Positions 39,398-48,781 are shown, counted from the first letter of the stretch. The stretch: DNA of 64,000 nt from an uncultured Actinomycetes bacterium (GCA_963704885.1 CAVPIB010000001.1:352001-416000); one strand, 5' to 3'. The notes: a model not told the origin generated them from the sequence alone. Numbers and translations are program-made.

Positions 39398-40822
39398 ATG
39401 TCCGCTGCTGCCACCACTCAACAGGCTCTCAACGAAGGGCAGGCCAACGGCGAGACCCTGACCGTGAGGGTGTTGTTCTACGTTGTGACCGCGATCGTCG
39501 TGTCGACGCTCGGGATTGGGATTGCTCGGAGCCCGGGAGTGAGCACAGGCATCTTAGGGGCTCTTGTTCTGTGGGTCATCGTGGCGGCCACAGCCGACCT
39601 GCTCCCCGTCCAGCTCTGGGGAGATGTGTCCCTGAGCATGTCACTACCCGTGACACTAGCCGCGGGGATGGTCATGATGCCGTGGCAAGCGGGCCTCGTG
39701 GCATTCATAGCAGCCTTAGACCCACGTGAGTTTCGACGTGAGGTCAGTCTTGCCCGGGGCTTGTACAACCGAAGCCAAGTGGCCGCGTGCGTGATGGTTG
39801 CCTCCCTGGCTTTTCATGCACTCGGAGGTAGCGCTGAGGAGTGGCCCGCGGTGATAGGGCTCGGGCTCGTGGCACTCACAGTTGATTGGGCCGCGAACTC
39901 CCTGCTGGTGATGGTGCCGGTAGCCATGATGACGCGACTGCCCGCTGCTGAGGTGCTTCGGCGCGTTCACGGAAGTTCGCCTCTGGAGCACACCCTCGGA
40001 TACGTTTGCCTTGGACTGCTGGCGGTCCTCCTGGCCGCGATCTACGGAGTCGCTCAAGGGTGGGGGCTCGTGGCGTTCCTGATTCCACTCGTGCTGGCGC
40101 GTCAGGTCTTCATGCGTGGCCGTCGTCTCGAGGAGGCAGCTCTCAAGTTGGACGCCAAGGACAGGGCCTTGCTCTCAACATCTGAGCAGACTCTTGCTGA
40201 ACGTCGCGACGAGCGGATGGCCGTCGCCGGGGAACTCCACGATGAAGTGCTCCCCCCCCTCTTCAAGGTCCACCTGATGGGTCAGGTGCTTCGACAAGAC
40301 CTCAACTCCGGGCGACTGCTCGACCTCGATGAGGATCTCCCGGAGCTGCTCATAGCGACTGAAGCCGCACAATCGGCCATCAGGGACCTCGTCCGCGACT
40401 TAAGACGCTCGTCGCTGGGACCGGGAGGACTAAACACCACTCTGGAGCTGCTTGCCAACCAGCTGGAGGCGGCGGGTTCACCATCGATTGATCTATCACT
40501 CGACGATGTCGGTGGATCGAGCCTTGCTCAGCTGCTCATCTACCAAGTGGCCCGGGAAGCGCTAAACAACGCAGCGCGCCACTCTCGGGCTTCCAAGGTT
40601 TCCGTTCGTCTGTTCCGAAGCGAGGGACTGATCAGGCTTGTTGTCGAAGATAATGGAGTTGGTTTCGACGCCTCTCAAGTGGACCGGGACGCGCACTTCG
40701 GCCTGCAACTCATCGCGGAACGCGTCGAGGCGGGGCGTGGACGAGTCGTCATCGACAGTCAGCTGGGGGCTGGCACGCGGGTCATGGCTACCCTCCCACC
40801 AGAGCTGGACCAGTCGACCTAA
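39398..40822 (+). CDS. Multi-TM sensor histidine kinase 1 (HisKA_3 type)
   Basis: About 8 hydrophobic segments, ERMAVAGELHD, REALNNAARHS, EDNGVGFD, HFGL; SD before ATG 39398. Confidence 0.92.
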   Translation: MSAAATTQQALNEGQANGETLTVRVLFYVVTAIVVSTLGIGIARSPGVSTGILGALVLWVIVAATADLLPVQLWGDVSLSMSLPVTLAAGMVMMPWQAGLVAFIAALDPREFRREVSLARGLYNRSQVAACVMVASLAFHALGGSAEEWPAVIGLGLVALTVDWAANSLLVMVPVAMMTRLPAAEVLRRVHGSSPLEHTLGYVCLGLLAVLLAAIYGVAQGWGLVAFLIPLVLARQVFMRGRRLEEAALKLDAKDRALLSTSEQTLAERRDERMAVAGELHDEVLPPLFKVHLMGQVLRQDLNSGRLLDLDEDLPELLIATEAAQSAIRDLVRDLRRSSLGPGGLNTTLELLANQLEAAGSPSIDLSLDDVGGSSLAQLLIYQVAREALNNAARHSRASKVSVRLFRSEGLIRLVVEDNGVGFDASQVDRDAHFGLQLIAERVEAGRGRVVIDSQLGAGTRVMATLPPELDQST

Positions 40823-40827
40823 GGAAC

Positions 40828-40857
40828 GCCAAAGGGCCCCGGCCGGGGCCCCTAGGC
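40828..40857 (-). terminator. Intrinsic terminator between converging kinase 1 and the peptide gene
   Basis: GGGCCCC-GGCC-GGGGCCC stem followed by TTT on the minus strand. Confidence 0.7.
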
Positions 40858-40887
40858 AATCGCGCGATTGCTTGTGCGGGTAGCTGC

Positions 40888-40971
40888 TCAGACCTTCCAG
40901 TGGGCGCCACCCGCGAGAGCGACGGCGAGAAGAGCGCCGAGCGCGATGGCGATGCGCTTCAGGGTCTTCAT
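40888..40971 (-). CDS. 27-aa small peptide MKTLKRIAIALGALLAVALAGGAHWKV (putative signalling peptide precursor)
   Basis: Below ORF-track cutoff; AGGAGGT SD 6 nt before ATG, TGA at 40888-90, terminator 30 nt downstream; basic N-region, hydrophobic core, GGA-HWKV tail. Confidence 0.85.
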   Translation of the reverse strand: MKTLKRIAIALGALLAVALAGGAHWKV

Positions 40972-41030
40972 TCGTCCACCTCCTCTCGATAGCACTTACA
41001 CGCCCCCCACGAAGGGGACTGCTGCAGCCA

Positions 41031-41092
41031 CTATCGGGGGACCACCTATCGGGGGACAAGCCGGGCATAGGTACTACGGCAGATGCAGTACC
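41031..41092. promoter_or_regulatory. Direct and inverted repeats in the divergent peptide/kinase 2 intergenic region
   Basis: CTATCGGGGGAC twice (41031-42, 41046-57); GGTACT-N11-AGTACC (41070-92). Confidence 0.5.
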
Positions 41093-41152
41093 CTCGCGGA
41101 CTACGGCCTATCTTGCTTCCAAACCGCCTGGTGAGCGTCCAAGATTGCGCGT

Positions 41153-42676
41153 ATGGCGTCTGGCGAAGATGTCCGGCATCCCGCGCTCCTAACCGCGTTC
41201 GAGCTCGCAATCATCGTGCCGACGATAGTCGGCGGGATAGCGCTGGCTTACAGACAGCCCTCGGAGTTCGACGCCGCACTCCTCATCTGGGCCGGGCTCG
41301 TTGCCATCGTGGAGCTGCTGCCGGTCCCCGCTTGGCGAGGACTCACGATCAGTCTCGGCTTCCCGTTGCTCATGATGGTGGGGATCCTCTATGCCCCGAT
41401 AGCCGCGGCAGCTACGGCGTTCGTTGGTACCGCGGACCCTCGTGAGTTCAGGCGAGAGATCAGTGGCTTGAAGGCTGTGTTCAATCGCTCTCAGGTGGCG
41501 GTATCGGTCTTTGCCGCAAGTGCCGTGTATCACGCCATCGCAGGGAGCTACCCTGAAGAGGGATTCGGAGGAACCGCCTACCTAGGCATCTTGGCTGCGA
41601 TGGCTGCTTCGGTGGCCGACTACTTGGTCAACAGCGGGACCGTAACCATCTATGTCTCTCTGAAGACAGGACTCCGCCCGTGGAGGGTGATTAGGGAACT
41701 TCGGATCGGGAGGCTGAGCGAGTTCCTCGTCAGCTACCTAGGACTCGGAGTCTTCGGGCTCGCCCTTGCCGTCCTCTTTACCCAGGTCAGGTTCTGGGTC
41801 CTGCCGACCGTATTCCCACCACTGATATTCGCGCGTCAGATGTTCTTCCGGAGTCAGGCGCTGGAGGAAGCTCACAAGGAACTTCAGGAACGTGAGCAGG
41901 TCTTGCGGTCGCTATCGAACGCCATGGCTGAGGAGCGAGCCGACGAGCGGCAGAGGATCGCCGCCTACCTGCACGACGACCTTGCTCAGGTGCTCTTCCG
42001 GCTTTCTATCCAGGTGGACGTGGCCCGCAAGCTGCTGGACAAGGGCGACGTCGACGAGACCGCCAATCAGCTAGAGAAGATCCGCGAGTCGAAGCAAGAC
42101 ACCTCAGATCGCATCCGCGCCTTGATCCGCGACCTGCACCGATCCCCGCTCGGAGCCAAGGGCTTGGCCGAGGCACTGGAGTCATTCACGGACGAGGTCG
42201 GGCGCGACTCGGGCGTGCGCTTCCACCGCGACGTGGAGGACGTTCCCATGCCCGCGCCGATCGCGCTCCTCATCTATCACATCGCTCGCGAGGGCCTGAT
42301 GAACGCGCTGAAGCACGCGCAGGCGACCGACATGTGGGTCGCGGTCAGTGGAAGCGACGAGTTCCTCGAACTCCAACTCCGCGATAACGGCAAGGGGTTC
42401 GACACGAGCGCACCCGGCCCCGAGGGGCACTTCGGCATGGCCATGATGAGCGAGCGCGCTCAGGTCGGTGGTGGAACGTTCGAGGTCTTCAGCGTCCCCG
42501 GACAGGGCACCACCATCACCGTGAAGTTCCCGACCTCCCTACTTCAGCAGGAGCCGGCTTCGGAGCCGACGGGCGGCGGCTCGGCCCCCGGTATTTCTGG
42601 GTCGAACGGGCCGGCTGGGTTACCCCCGCCCTCGGAGCCCGCAGCCGACGGCTCGCGCGGATCCGTCCACGTGTGA
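41153..42676 (+). CDS. Multi-TM sensor histidine kinase 2 (HisKA_3 type), paralog of kinase 1
   Basis: Shares DPREFRRE.S..NRSQVA and ARQ.F with kinase 1; ERQRIAAYLHD, REGLMNALKHA, DNGKGFD, GHFGM. Confidence 0.93.
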   Translation: MASGEDVRHPALLTAFELAIIVPTIVGGIALAYRQPSEFDAALLIWAGLVAIVELLPVPAWRGLTISLGFPLLMMVGILYAPIAAAATAFVGTADPREFRREISGLKAVFNRSQVAVSVFAASAVYHAIAGSYPEEGFGGTAYLGILAAMAASVADYLVNSGTVTIYVSLKTGLRPWRVIRELRIGRLSEFLVSYLGLGVFGLALAVLFTQVRFWVLPTVFPPLIFARQMFFRSQALEEAHKELQEREQVLRSLSNAMAEERADERQRIAAYLHDDLAQVLFRLSIQVDVARKLLDKGDVDETANQLEKIRESKQDTSDRIRALIRDLHRSPLGAKGLAEALESFTDEVGRDSGVRFHRDVEDVPMPAPIALLIYHIAREGLMNALKHAQATDMWVAVSGSDEFLELQLRDNGKGFDTSAPGPEGHFGMAMMSERAQVGGGTFEVFSVPGQGTTITVKFPTSLLQQEPASEPTGGGSAPGISGSNGPAGLPPPSEPAADGSRGSVHV

Positions 42677-43545
42677 CGGCCCCGGGCCGTGACCTCGGCT
42701 ACTTCGGACCCAGCAGCGTCAGCTGGCGAGTCCATCGTGAGGTCACCGTGTTGTTCGGCGGCGCCCGTGCCGTGCTCATGCAGGCAGCGCACCCGTTGGT
42801 CATCGCCGGGGCGCGCGAGACCGGCTTCTACGAGCGCAACCCGTGGAAGAGACTGCAGCGCACGCTGATCCTCACCTACACGATCACGTTCGGCACCAAG
42901 GCTCAGGCCCACGCCGCGGCCGACCGCATCAACGAGGTGCATGCGCGCATCAAGGGCGTGGACGAAGTGACCGGGAAGCCGTACGACGCGCTCGATCCTC
43001 ACCTCCTCTTGTGGGTGCATGCGTGTCTGGTCGATTCAGCCTTGCTCTTCGAGGAGTTGACGGTCGGCAAGCTGGATGCCGCGGGCCGTGAGCGGTTCCA
43101 CCAGGAGCAGATGCTGGCCGCGGAGCTGGTGAAGATCCCACGAGGGATCATCCCCGCGACGGTGCCCGATCTCAGAAGCTACATGCGCGATGTCATACAG
43201 CGAGGCGATCTGTCGGTGACGGACTCGGCCCGTATGGTCGCCGACCTCTTCTTCGATCCTCCGCCCGAGGCGGAGTGGCGTCCCGTTCTGAAAGGCGTGT
43301 CACGCCTGGCGTTCGCAACGCTGCCTCCTCAGCTCCGCGAAGACTTCGGGATCCGGTTGGGCGCGGGGAAGAAGGCGGCCATGCGTGCCACGTTCGCCGC
43401 CACTCGTTTGCTCCGGCCGCTGCTGCCGCCGAAGTACCGGTTCATCGCGCCCTATCAGGAATGGCGCCTGCGGCAGATGGGCAAGGAACCACCGAGCGAG
43501 ATGCAGGCGGCGCTCCGGCGCGTCGGTATCGGACCCGACGACTGA
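42673..43545 (+). CDS. Oxygenase MpaB/DUF2236 family protein
   Basis: FGPSSVSWRVH, LMQAAHP, RLQRT, YDALDP.LLLWVH; start overlaps the kinase 2 stop. Confidence 0.9.
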   Translation: MTAPGRDLGYFGPSSVSWRVHREVTVLFGGARAVLMQAAHPLVIAGARETGFYERNPWKRLQRTLILTYTITFGTKAQAHAAADRINEVHARIKGVDEVTGKPYDALDPHLLLWVHACLVDSALLFEELTVGKLDAAGRERFHQEQMLAAELVKIPRGIIPATVPDLRSYMRDVIQRGDLSVTDSARMVADLFFDPPPEAEWRPVLKGVSRLAFATLPPQLREDFGIRLGAGKKAAMRATFAATRLLRPLLPPKYRFIAPYQEWRLRQMGKEPPSEMQAALRRVGIGPDD

Positions 43546-43602
43546 TCACGGCTGAGCCAGCTCCCCCCGACCATCCAAGATCGCTCGTGCCAGACTCCAT
43601 AG

Positions 43603-44382
43603 ATGGATGTGGACGGGTTGCTCTTGGACATCGACGGGGTGCTCGCCGTGTCGTGGGAGCCGATCCCCGGGGCGATCGACACGCTCTCGGAGATCCGCTC
43701 GCGTGGTCTGCCGTTCCGGCTCATCACGAACACCACCACTCACCCCCGGGTCGACCTAGCGGCCACGCTACGGGACGCCGGCTTCGCTGTGGAGCCGGCC
43801 GACATCGTGACCGCGGTCGTGGCGACCGCAGAGCATCTGCGAACGCACCATCCCGGCGCGCGCGTGTTCCTGCTCTCTGACGGCGATGCACGCTCGGACC
43901 TGGAAAGTGTGGCGCTGGTCGGTCCCGACGAGCCGGCAGACGTGGTCGTGATCGGTGGTGGCTGCGATGACTTCAGCTACGCGACCATGAACCACATCTT
44001 CCGGCAGGTGATGGACGGTGCAACGCTGATCGGGATGCACCGCAACATGTATTGGTCCACGAGCGAGGGCCTGCAGTTAGACGGCGGCGCATTCATCGCC
44101 GGCCTAGAGCAGGCGTGCGGCACGCGCGCGACCATCTGCGGGAAGCCGGCGCCCGAGTACTTCAACGCCGCGCTGGAGTTGATGGCCGTGGAGGCCGCCC
44201 GCGCCGCGATGGTCGGCGACGACGTGGTGAACGATGTGCTCGGCGCGCAGGCGGTCGGCATGACCGGCATTCTGGTCCGTACCGGGAAGTTCCGCCCGAC
44301 CGATCTGGAGCGACCTGAGGGCAGACCTGATCACGTGATCGACTCGTTCGCGGATCTTCCTTCGCTGCTGCAGGCGCCCTGA
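43603..44382 (+). CDS. HAD-IIA family hydrolase (LHPP-like)
   Basis: LDIDGVL, TNTT, GKP, MVGDD..NDV.GA, RTGKF. Confidence 0.93.
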   Translation: MDVDGLLLDIDGVLAVSWEPIPGAIDTLSEIRSRGLPFRLITNTTTHPRVDLAATLRDAGFAVEPADIVTAVVATAEHLRTHHPGARVFLLSDGDARSDLESVALVGPDEPADVVVIGGGCDDFSYATMNHIFRQVMDGATLIGMHRNMYWSTSEGLQLDGGAFIAGLEQACGTRATICGKPAPEYFNAALELMAVEAARAAMVGDDVVNDVLGAQAVGMTGILVRTGKFRPTDLERPEGRPDHVIDSFADLPSLLQAP

Positions 44383-44386
44383 GCTC

Positions 44387-45112
44387 ATGTCGGATCGCGC
44401 ACGACACGCTCGCAACCTGTTCGCCGGCATCGCGCGTGAGTACGAGTGGATGGGCGCCCTGCTCTCGTTCGGCCAGGACGCGCGCTGGCGACGAACCATG
44501 GTCTCCAAGGTGAACGCCCTCCCCGGCGCGCTGGTACTGGACGTGGCGTCCGGCACTGGGCTCGTCGCGCGCGAGTTGGCCGCGCGCAGGCGCCTGCGGG
44601 TGGTCCAGCTGGATCCGAGCGAGGAGATGGTCCGCGCCGGCATCGGGGTGACGCGGGAGGCGGGGCTGGATCCTCAGGTGCGCCAGGTCCTGGGTCGGGC
44701 CGAGCGCCTGCCGTTCCCCGATGAGTCGTTCGATGCGGTGACGTTCACCTACCTCCTGCGGTACGTGGACGATCCCGAAGAGACCCTTCGCGAGCTGTCG
44801 CGGGTGCTCCGCCCCGGCGGGACGCTCGCGTGTCTGGAGTTCCACCGGCCGGATGAGGGTCCGATGCATGCCGGGTGGTGGGTGTACACGCGCATGGTCA
44901 TGCCTTTGATCGGCGCCGCTGTGTCACCGGCCTGGCGACACACAGGGCGGTTCCTTGGCCGGAGCATCAGCGGGTTCTATCGCCGCAATCCGCTACCCGA
45001 GCAGATCCGCTGGTGGCAGGCGGCAGGACTACGGCACGTTCGGTCCCGTGTGATGTCGGTGGGCGCGGGGATCGTGATCTGGTCGGTGAAGAGCGGACCG
45101 CGTGTCCTCTGA
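44387..45112 (+). CDS. UbiE/MenG-like SAM-dependent methyltransferase
   Basis: LFAGIA.EY..LSFGQD.RWR, LDVASGTG, LPFPDESFD, RVLRPGG. Confidence 0.88.
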   Translation: MSDRARHARNLFAGIAREYEWMGALLSFGQDARWRRTMVSKVNALPGALVLDVASGTGLVARELAARRRLRVVQLDPSEEMVRAGIGVTREAGLDPQVRQVLGRAERLPFPDESFDAVTFTYLLRYVDDPEETLRELSRVLRPGGTLACLEFHRPDEGPMHAGWWVYTRMVMPLIGAAVSPAWRHTGRFLGRSISGFYRRNPLPEQIRWWQAAGLRHVRSRVMSVGAGIVIWSVKSGPRVL

Positions 45113-45839
45113 GTCGGATCGCGCCGCGTTCTACGCGCTCTCGCCCGGTGGGTGGCGCGACTACTGGAGCCTGCTGCACCCGCCGTACACGCTCTGGCAC
45201 CTGTCCTACGTGGTGCTTGGCGCGGCGCTTGCGCCCAAGGTGAACGTTCGGTGGCTGAGCGAGACGCTGCTGGCCTTCTTCCTGGCGATGGGGGTGGCCG
45301 CACATGCGCTGGACGAGCTCCACGGGCGGCCCCTCGGCACGAGGATCTCCGACCGCGTGCTGTGGATGCTCGTCGGGGTCGGTCTCGCGGGTGCGATCGG
45401 GCTGGGGATAGACGGGGCGAGGCAGGTGACGCCTTGGATATGGGTGTTCATCGTGGCCGGGGTGTTCTTGGTCGTGGCCTACAATCTGGAACTGTTGCGG
45501 GGGGCCATCCACTCCGACCTGTGGTTCGCGCTGGCGTGGGGCGCGTTCCCCGCACTGACGGCGTTCTTCGCGCAGACCGCGAGCGTGACGGTCGCGGCGG
45601 TCGTGTTAGCGGCGGCCTGTGCGGCGCTCTCGGCGGCACAACGAACACTCTCCACGCCGGTCCGGCGACTGCGCCGCCGGGTGGCCGGGGTGCACGGCGA
45701 GATCACGCTGCGGGACGGAACCACGGAACCGCTCGACGCGGAAGCGCTCCGCCACGGCCCCGAGTCCGCCCTGCGCTGGCTGTCGGTGGCCATGCCCCTG
45801 CTCGCGGCCGCCGCGCTGATCGCGCGCCTGGCGAGCTGA
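45102..45839 (+). CDS. Polytopic membrane protein, possibly UbiA prenyltransferase superfamily
   Basis: About 7 TM segments; LLHPPYT, AHALDE and YN motifs resemble UbiA-fold positions; overlaps the methyltransferase. Confidence 0.65.
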   Translation: MSSESDRAAFYALSPGGWRDYWSLLHPPYTLWHLSYVVLGAALAPKVNVRWLSETLLAFFLAMGVAAHALDELHGRPLGTRISDRVLWMLVGVGLAGAIGLGIDGARQVTPWIWVFIVAGVFLVVAYNLELLRGAIHSDLWFALAWGAFPALTAFFAQTASVTVAAVVLAAACAALSAAQRTLSTPVRRLRRRVAGVHGEITLRDGTTEPLDAEALRHGPESALRWLSVAMPLLAAAALIARLAS

Positions 45840-46161
45840 CACCGCTCAGTCGAGCTGGGGGTGGTGCAATGGGGCCCCGACCAGACCGATGTCGGCGACC
45901 ATGAGGCTCCAACCACCCAGGCGGACACGGCGATCCCGTCGAGCGTCGGCCCAACGAACCCCACGTTCGCCGCCGGTCGGATCGGTAGCACCCTGCATGA
46001 TCAACGGCGCGATACCGAACACGACGCAGCAATGGCGGACCTTCAACACTCACCATATCGGGCACATGAACAGCACGTTCTGAACCGAGGTCAGATGGGC
46101 ACCAAGCCACGAACTCAGAGTCACAGGACAGCAGGTTACCGGCATAAGGAGGGTGGCTGAC

Positions 46162-46846
46162 ATGAAACGACTTGTCCTTCTGACCGTGGCGTTTGGTCTT
46201 GCGCTCAGCGCATGCACTTCGGCCGTGTCGCTCGCCGGTGCCTCCCGGACGTGACGCGCTCGCTGACTTCTCGGCCTACATGCGGCAGTTCGACTATGAC
46301 TATGAGCCGGCCAACACGCCCGCCGATCTGGCCAAGCAAGCGGACGCAGTCGTGACGGGTACCATCGTCGCTGTCACGCCGGGGCAATCCTACGCGCCTG
46401 CGCTCGGCAGCCGGGCCGTCATCGCAACATCGGTGCTTAGAGGTCAAGGTGGAACAGGTTCTGGCTGGTGACGCGAAACTGGCTGCCGACGGCTCGGTCT
46501 ACATCGAGGTCCCCCATCCCGCCTTCGTTGGCACTGGAACCGAAGGCGGCGAAGTGGTCCCGTTCGACCCCTCGCAGCCTTCGCGGCGACGGTTCCCCAG
46601 GCATACGGAGTGTTCTTCCTTAACGACCGAACGAACGAGTCATACTCGGACGTCATCCTCGACGAGGGAGCAGGCAGACCGTCGGGCCGGCGGATCACCG
46701 CGGCATTCGTCCAAGGATTCCTCATCGAGGACGCGAACGGCAAACTCATGAGCGTTACAGAGCCACTTGAGCTGATGCCCCTACCTTGGCAGGCCCTCGA
46801 GTCGGTGGACGACGACGTCGCGCAGATCGCGGCTGCGAGCGACTAG
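46162..46846 (+). pseudogene. Lipoprotein gene broken by about three frameshifts
   Basis: AAGGAGG SD, MKRLVLLTVAFGLALSAC lipobox, then consecutive pieces in ORFs 46193, 46449 and 46610. Confidence 0.7.
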
Positions 46847-46855
46847 GCCTTCGCA

Positions 46856-48781
46856 TCAACCGGCTCCGATGACTGCCAGCACCTCGTCGGCGTAGCGTTC
46901 GAGCTTGGCTGGCCCGACGCCGGAGATGGCCGCTAGGTCGGCCCAGTCCTGCGGCTTGCGCGCGGCGATCTCCTCCAACGTGGCGTCGTGGAAGACAACA
47001 TACGCGGGTACGCCGTCGGCCTTCGCTCGCGAATGGCGCCACGCCTTCAGCCGATCGAACAACGGTCCGCCGCGTGCCGGCTGGCGCACCGGCGCCGATG
47101 CCCCTCGCCGCGGCGGGCTGGCGGCCGATCGCACCTCCAACTCCTCCAGGAAGGGGCTGGGCTTGGACTTGCCGTCGGTGGGCCATGTGAGGAACAGGAA
47201 CCGACGCGCGCGCGTGATCCCCACGTACAGCAGCCGTCGCTCCTCGTCCGGATCGGCTTTGGCACGTCCGGAGCGGAACGGCAACTCCCCATCCAGAAGG
47301 CGAGGCAGGAACACCGCATCGAACTCCAGTCCTTTCGCGCGGTGGTACGTCAACAGGTTGACACCGCGGCCGGTGTGCTCGGTGGAGAATCGCCGCCCGA
47401 GCTCCTCGATGAAGGCGGCCATGTCGCTCTCCGGATGCGCTGCCCCGAACTCTTCGGCGAGCGCCCGCAGCCGCTCAAGGTCGGCCTGCCGCGTGACCTC
47501 CTCGTCAGCATCGGGTGTGGCCTCTTGGTCGAACCCCAACGCGTCGGTGACTGCGATCATCACCTCGGCCACCCCGCCGGTGGGTGGGCGCCGCAACCGC
47601 TGCAGCACGGCTCGCGGTCCGGGACGCCGCAGGAACGCGCCGTCGCGAACCTGGTACGCGATGCCAGCCGCCGCGAAGGCCTCCTCGAACGGCTCGGATC
47701 GGGCGTTGATCCGGTACAGCACTGCGATCTCTTCCAGAGGCACGTCCTCGTCGCGGAGATCTCCCACGGCCTGCACCACCGCTTCGACCTCCGCCGCATC
47801 GTCGGACACGGATCGTGCGACGGGCTCGGGCCCCGGGGGAACCGTCGACTCCAGCATCTTGCGGAACCCGCCCAGGTGGCCGGCCAGCCGGTTCGCGAAG
47901 TCGAGCACCTCTGGGGTAGAGCGGTAGTTCCGCTCCAGTCTCACGACCGCGGCCGACGGGAAGCGGTCGGAGAAACCCAGCAGGTACCCGGGTGATGCGC
48001 CGGTGAAGCTGTAGATCGTCTGATAGTCGTCGCCCACGACGCAGAGTTCGTCGCGGCTGCCCAGCCAACGATCGAGCAGCGCGGCCTGTAGCGGGTTCAC
48101 GTCCTGGAACTCGTCAACGGTGAACGCGTGGAACCGCGCGCGGACGGCCGAGGCCGCCTCCGGATAGCTGTCGAGCATCTCCACCACCAACCCGAGCATG
48201 TCTTCGAAGTCCATCCGTCCGGTGGCGTCCTTCCGGCGCTCGTACCCCTCGTACACGCGAAGCATCAGCTCGGCGGGTATCGGCGGCTCGTGAGCCGATC
48301 TGGTCAGCTCGCTCAGGTAGCCGTCCGGGGGCACCATCCGGTTCTTGGCCCACTCGATCTCGCCGGCCAGCTCACGTCGCGGCAGGAACTTGTGCGGAGG
48401 AGGGAGCGCGTTGGCGAGCGAGGCGATCAGCGGCGCCTTGTGGTCAAGCACCTCGGGCATCGACCGGCCGGAGTGCGTCTTCCAGAGCCATCGCAGCTGC
48501 GACAGGGCAGCGGAGTGGAACGTTCGAGCGTCCACGCCGTCTGCATCCAAGGCGAGCAGGCGCGTCTTCAGCTCGCGGGCGGCCTTCTCGGTGAACGTGA
48601 CGGCCAGGATCCGCTCGGCGGGGAACGCTCCGGTGGCGACCTGATTGGCGATGCGATGCGTGATGGTGGTGGTCTTGCCCGTCCCGGCTCCGGCCAGGAT
48701 GGCCACGGGGCCGCGGGTGGCTTCCGCCGCCCGACGTTGCTCCTCGTTCAGCCCTTCGAGGATCCGGTCGGCGACCTGCAC
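46856..48781 (-). CDS. uvrD2: ATP-dependent DNA helicase UvrD2 (UvrD plus HRDC)
   Basis: AGAGTGKT, DEFQD, HRAKGLEF, HRDC VPAYVVFHDATL..GVGPAKLERY. Confidence 0.95.
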   Translation of the reverse strand: MQVADRILEGLNEEQRRAAEATRGPVAILAGAGTGKTTTITHRIANQVATGAFPAERILAVTFTEKAARELKTRLLALDADGVDARTFHSAALSQLRWLWKTHSGRSMPEVLDHKAPLIASLANALPPPHKFLPRRELAGEIEWAKNRMVPPDGYLSELTRSAHEPPIPAELMLRVYEGYERRKDATGRMDFEDMLGLVVEMLDSYPEAASAVRARFHAFTVDEFQDVNPLQAALLDRWLGSRDELCVVGDDYQTIYSFTGASPGYLLGFSDRFPSAAVVRLERNYRSTPEVLDFANRLAGHLGGFRKMLESTVPPGPEPVARSVSDDAAEVEAVVQAVGDLRDEDVPLEEIAVLYRINARSEPFEEAFAAAGIAYQVRDGAFLRRPGPRAVLQRLRRPPTGGVAEVMIAVTDALGFDQEATPDADEEVTRQADLERLRALAEEFGAAHPESDMAAFIEELGRRFSTEHTGRGVNLLTYHRAKGLEFDAVFLPRLLDGELPFRSGRAKADPDEERRLLYVGITRARRFLFLTWPTDGKSKPSPFLEELEVRSAASPPRRGASAPVRQPARGGPLFDRLKAWRHSRAKADGVPAYVVFHDATLEEIAARKPQDWADLAAISGVGPAKLERYADEVLAVIGAG

